Assembly (NCBI GenBank): GCA_951406725.2
Contig: OX597817.1
Span: 57,784,001-57,848,000 of the forward strand
Reading direction: 5' to 3'
Origin: Octopus vulgaris
Lineage: Eukaryota
Length of the DNA stretch: 64,000 bases
Within the stretch, counting starts at the first letter, position 1. Every line of letters starts with the position of its first letter. The notes below the pieces were generated by a model that was given only the letters and a program-made list of their open reading frames with translations, did not search any database and was not told where the DNA came from. Positions 62,685 to 64,000 of this stretch are shown here, one piece after another. The translations under genes were made by a program, and so were the position numbers.

Positions 62685-63485
62685 TTTTAAAAATTCTGTA
62701 ACAAATGAAGTTAGACTTTGTAGTGGACAAGTGTATCAGGGTGGTCTGTTTAAGAATTAGTGCTCTATGTAGTTACTTGATATGCTAGAAATAGCAGCTT
62801 AAAATCTGTCCCAGTTTCTAGCTCTTTACCCTGCTGAGAACTAGAACCCAATTCTTGCTTTGTTTTGTTATCTACATAGAACTCCCCTGTTCCTTATCTA
62901 CATATCTTGCTAACAACCAGAATGGAATGGTTTTTGTTGTAAGGCTCATGTGCTTCCTTGTTTTTTTTTTATGTACATCGCAGTCCTGTGGCTTGCCAGC
63001 TCATCATACTGTCCAACCCATACCAGCATGGAAAACAAACATTAAATGATGACAACGAGGAAGATGTTCACCTCAGTCCTTAGCTTTTCACTGGAGATCA
63101 GAACAGATGGTTGCTGTTGGGCCCAGGTGTTTAATTATTCACATATAACTGTTTTGGTCCTCACCTCTATATTTTGCTGACTGCCAGAATACAATGACTG
63201 GGGCCCACGTGTATTAATTATTTATGCAGAGTGGTTGGTGTTAGGAAGGGCATCCAGCTGTAGAAACCAAGCCAAATCAGACTGGAAACTGGTGCAGCTC
63301 TCTGGCTTATCAGATCCAATCAAACCATCCAACCCATGCCAGCATTGAGAGTGGACATTAAAGGATGATGATGTAGAGTTGTCCCAATTCCTAACTGGTC
63401 AATTTGCTAAGGACCAGCCCCTACAATAGTTGCTGTAAGACCCAGGTGTATTATTATGAATGTATATAACTGCTACAATTCTTAC

Positions 63486-63597
63486 CTGTTGCTCCAATTT
63501 CAGCATATGTTTCACTAATTTGGCTATTTCGTTTTGGGATGCTCTCGGAACGGTTTGTCCGACGCACGACAACACCATCCCCTGAACCACCATCAAC
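63486..63597 (-). CDS. Penultimate coding exon of the same adaptor-like gene
   Basis: Acceptor tttctctctctcgacttag| and donor |gtaag; 112 nt reading VDGGSGDGVVVRRTNRSESIPKRNSQISETYAEIGAT-G. Its phase 1 end joins in frame to the 60531 exon. Confidence 0.78.
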
Positions 63598-64000
63598 CTA
63601 AGTCGAGAGAGAGAAACAATTTAAATAATTAAACTGAACCAAATAATAACAGCTTGGCAATAAGCTCACAAACATTTTCATTCACATCCATACACAACAT
63701 AAATATTTTCAAAGACACATAATGCCCTGCTTCTGTAAGACAACCCTTTGTTTAGAAATACACACTTCTAGATCGACTCTCAGGGAAAGATGGACGTTAA
63801 GTAATGGCTGGGAACTGAATTAATCCATATACACTATGTACAGTGAATTATATACACTCTCTCAAAACATAGAGCAAGTAATGTATATGTGTGTGTGTAC
63901 ACACACACACACACACGATCAGTTAACGTCTGTTTTTCCATGCTGCAATGGGTTGGATGGCAAGGCAGAAGACTGCATCAAGTCCATCATCATCACTTAA

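Overview
Eukaryotic, AT-rich and repeat-dominated genomic DNA with three 100-N scaffold gaps. The SINE, RTE and PLE repertoire and the (TA)n/(TACA)n seas most resemble an octopus (coleoid cephalopod) genome; this is an inference. Two host genes are visible, both on the minus strand. One is a GTSF1/Asterix-like piRNA-pathway gene, seen as two spliced exons encoding tandem CHHC zinc fingers (22113-22000, 20051-19925). The other is the last two exons of a gene for a disordered, tyrosine-motif-rich adaptor-like protein (63597-63486, 60531-59675). About 20 kb is (TA)n or compound TA/CA microsatellite, so all long IY/YI/HT ORFs in the track are artefacts. The microsatellite hosts three related families of APE-RT LINEs (CR1/L2 group) that share a covarying double stem-loop at their 3' ends but have family-specific tails. 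It also hosts Penelope-like relics with inverted pLTRs and an IR/DR-type Tc1. Elsewhere are mariner, RTE, HERO-like and R4/Dong-like relics, piggyBac-type MITEs and many tRNA SINEs. The most striking unannotated signals are (i) a tRNA-headed SINE-like element carrying a near-intact minimal hammerhead ribozyme and a Penelope-style inverted 5' copy (32120-32510), (ii) several further hammerhead-like motifs in unrelated repeats, including core variants, and (iii) the apparently (TA)n-targeting LINE clade with a conserved 3' RNA structure and a CCCH-finger ORF1.
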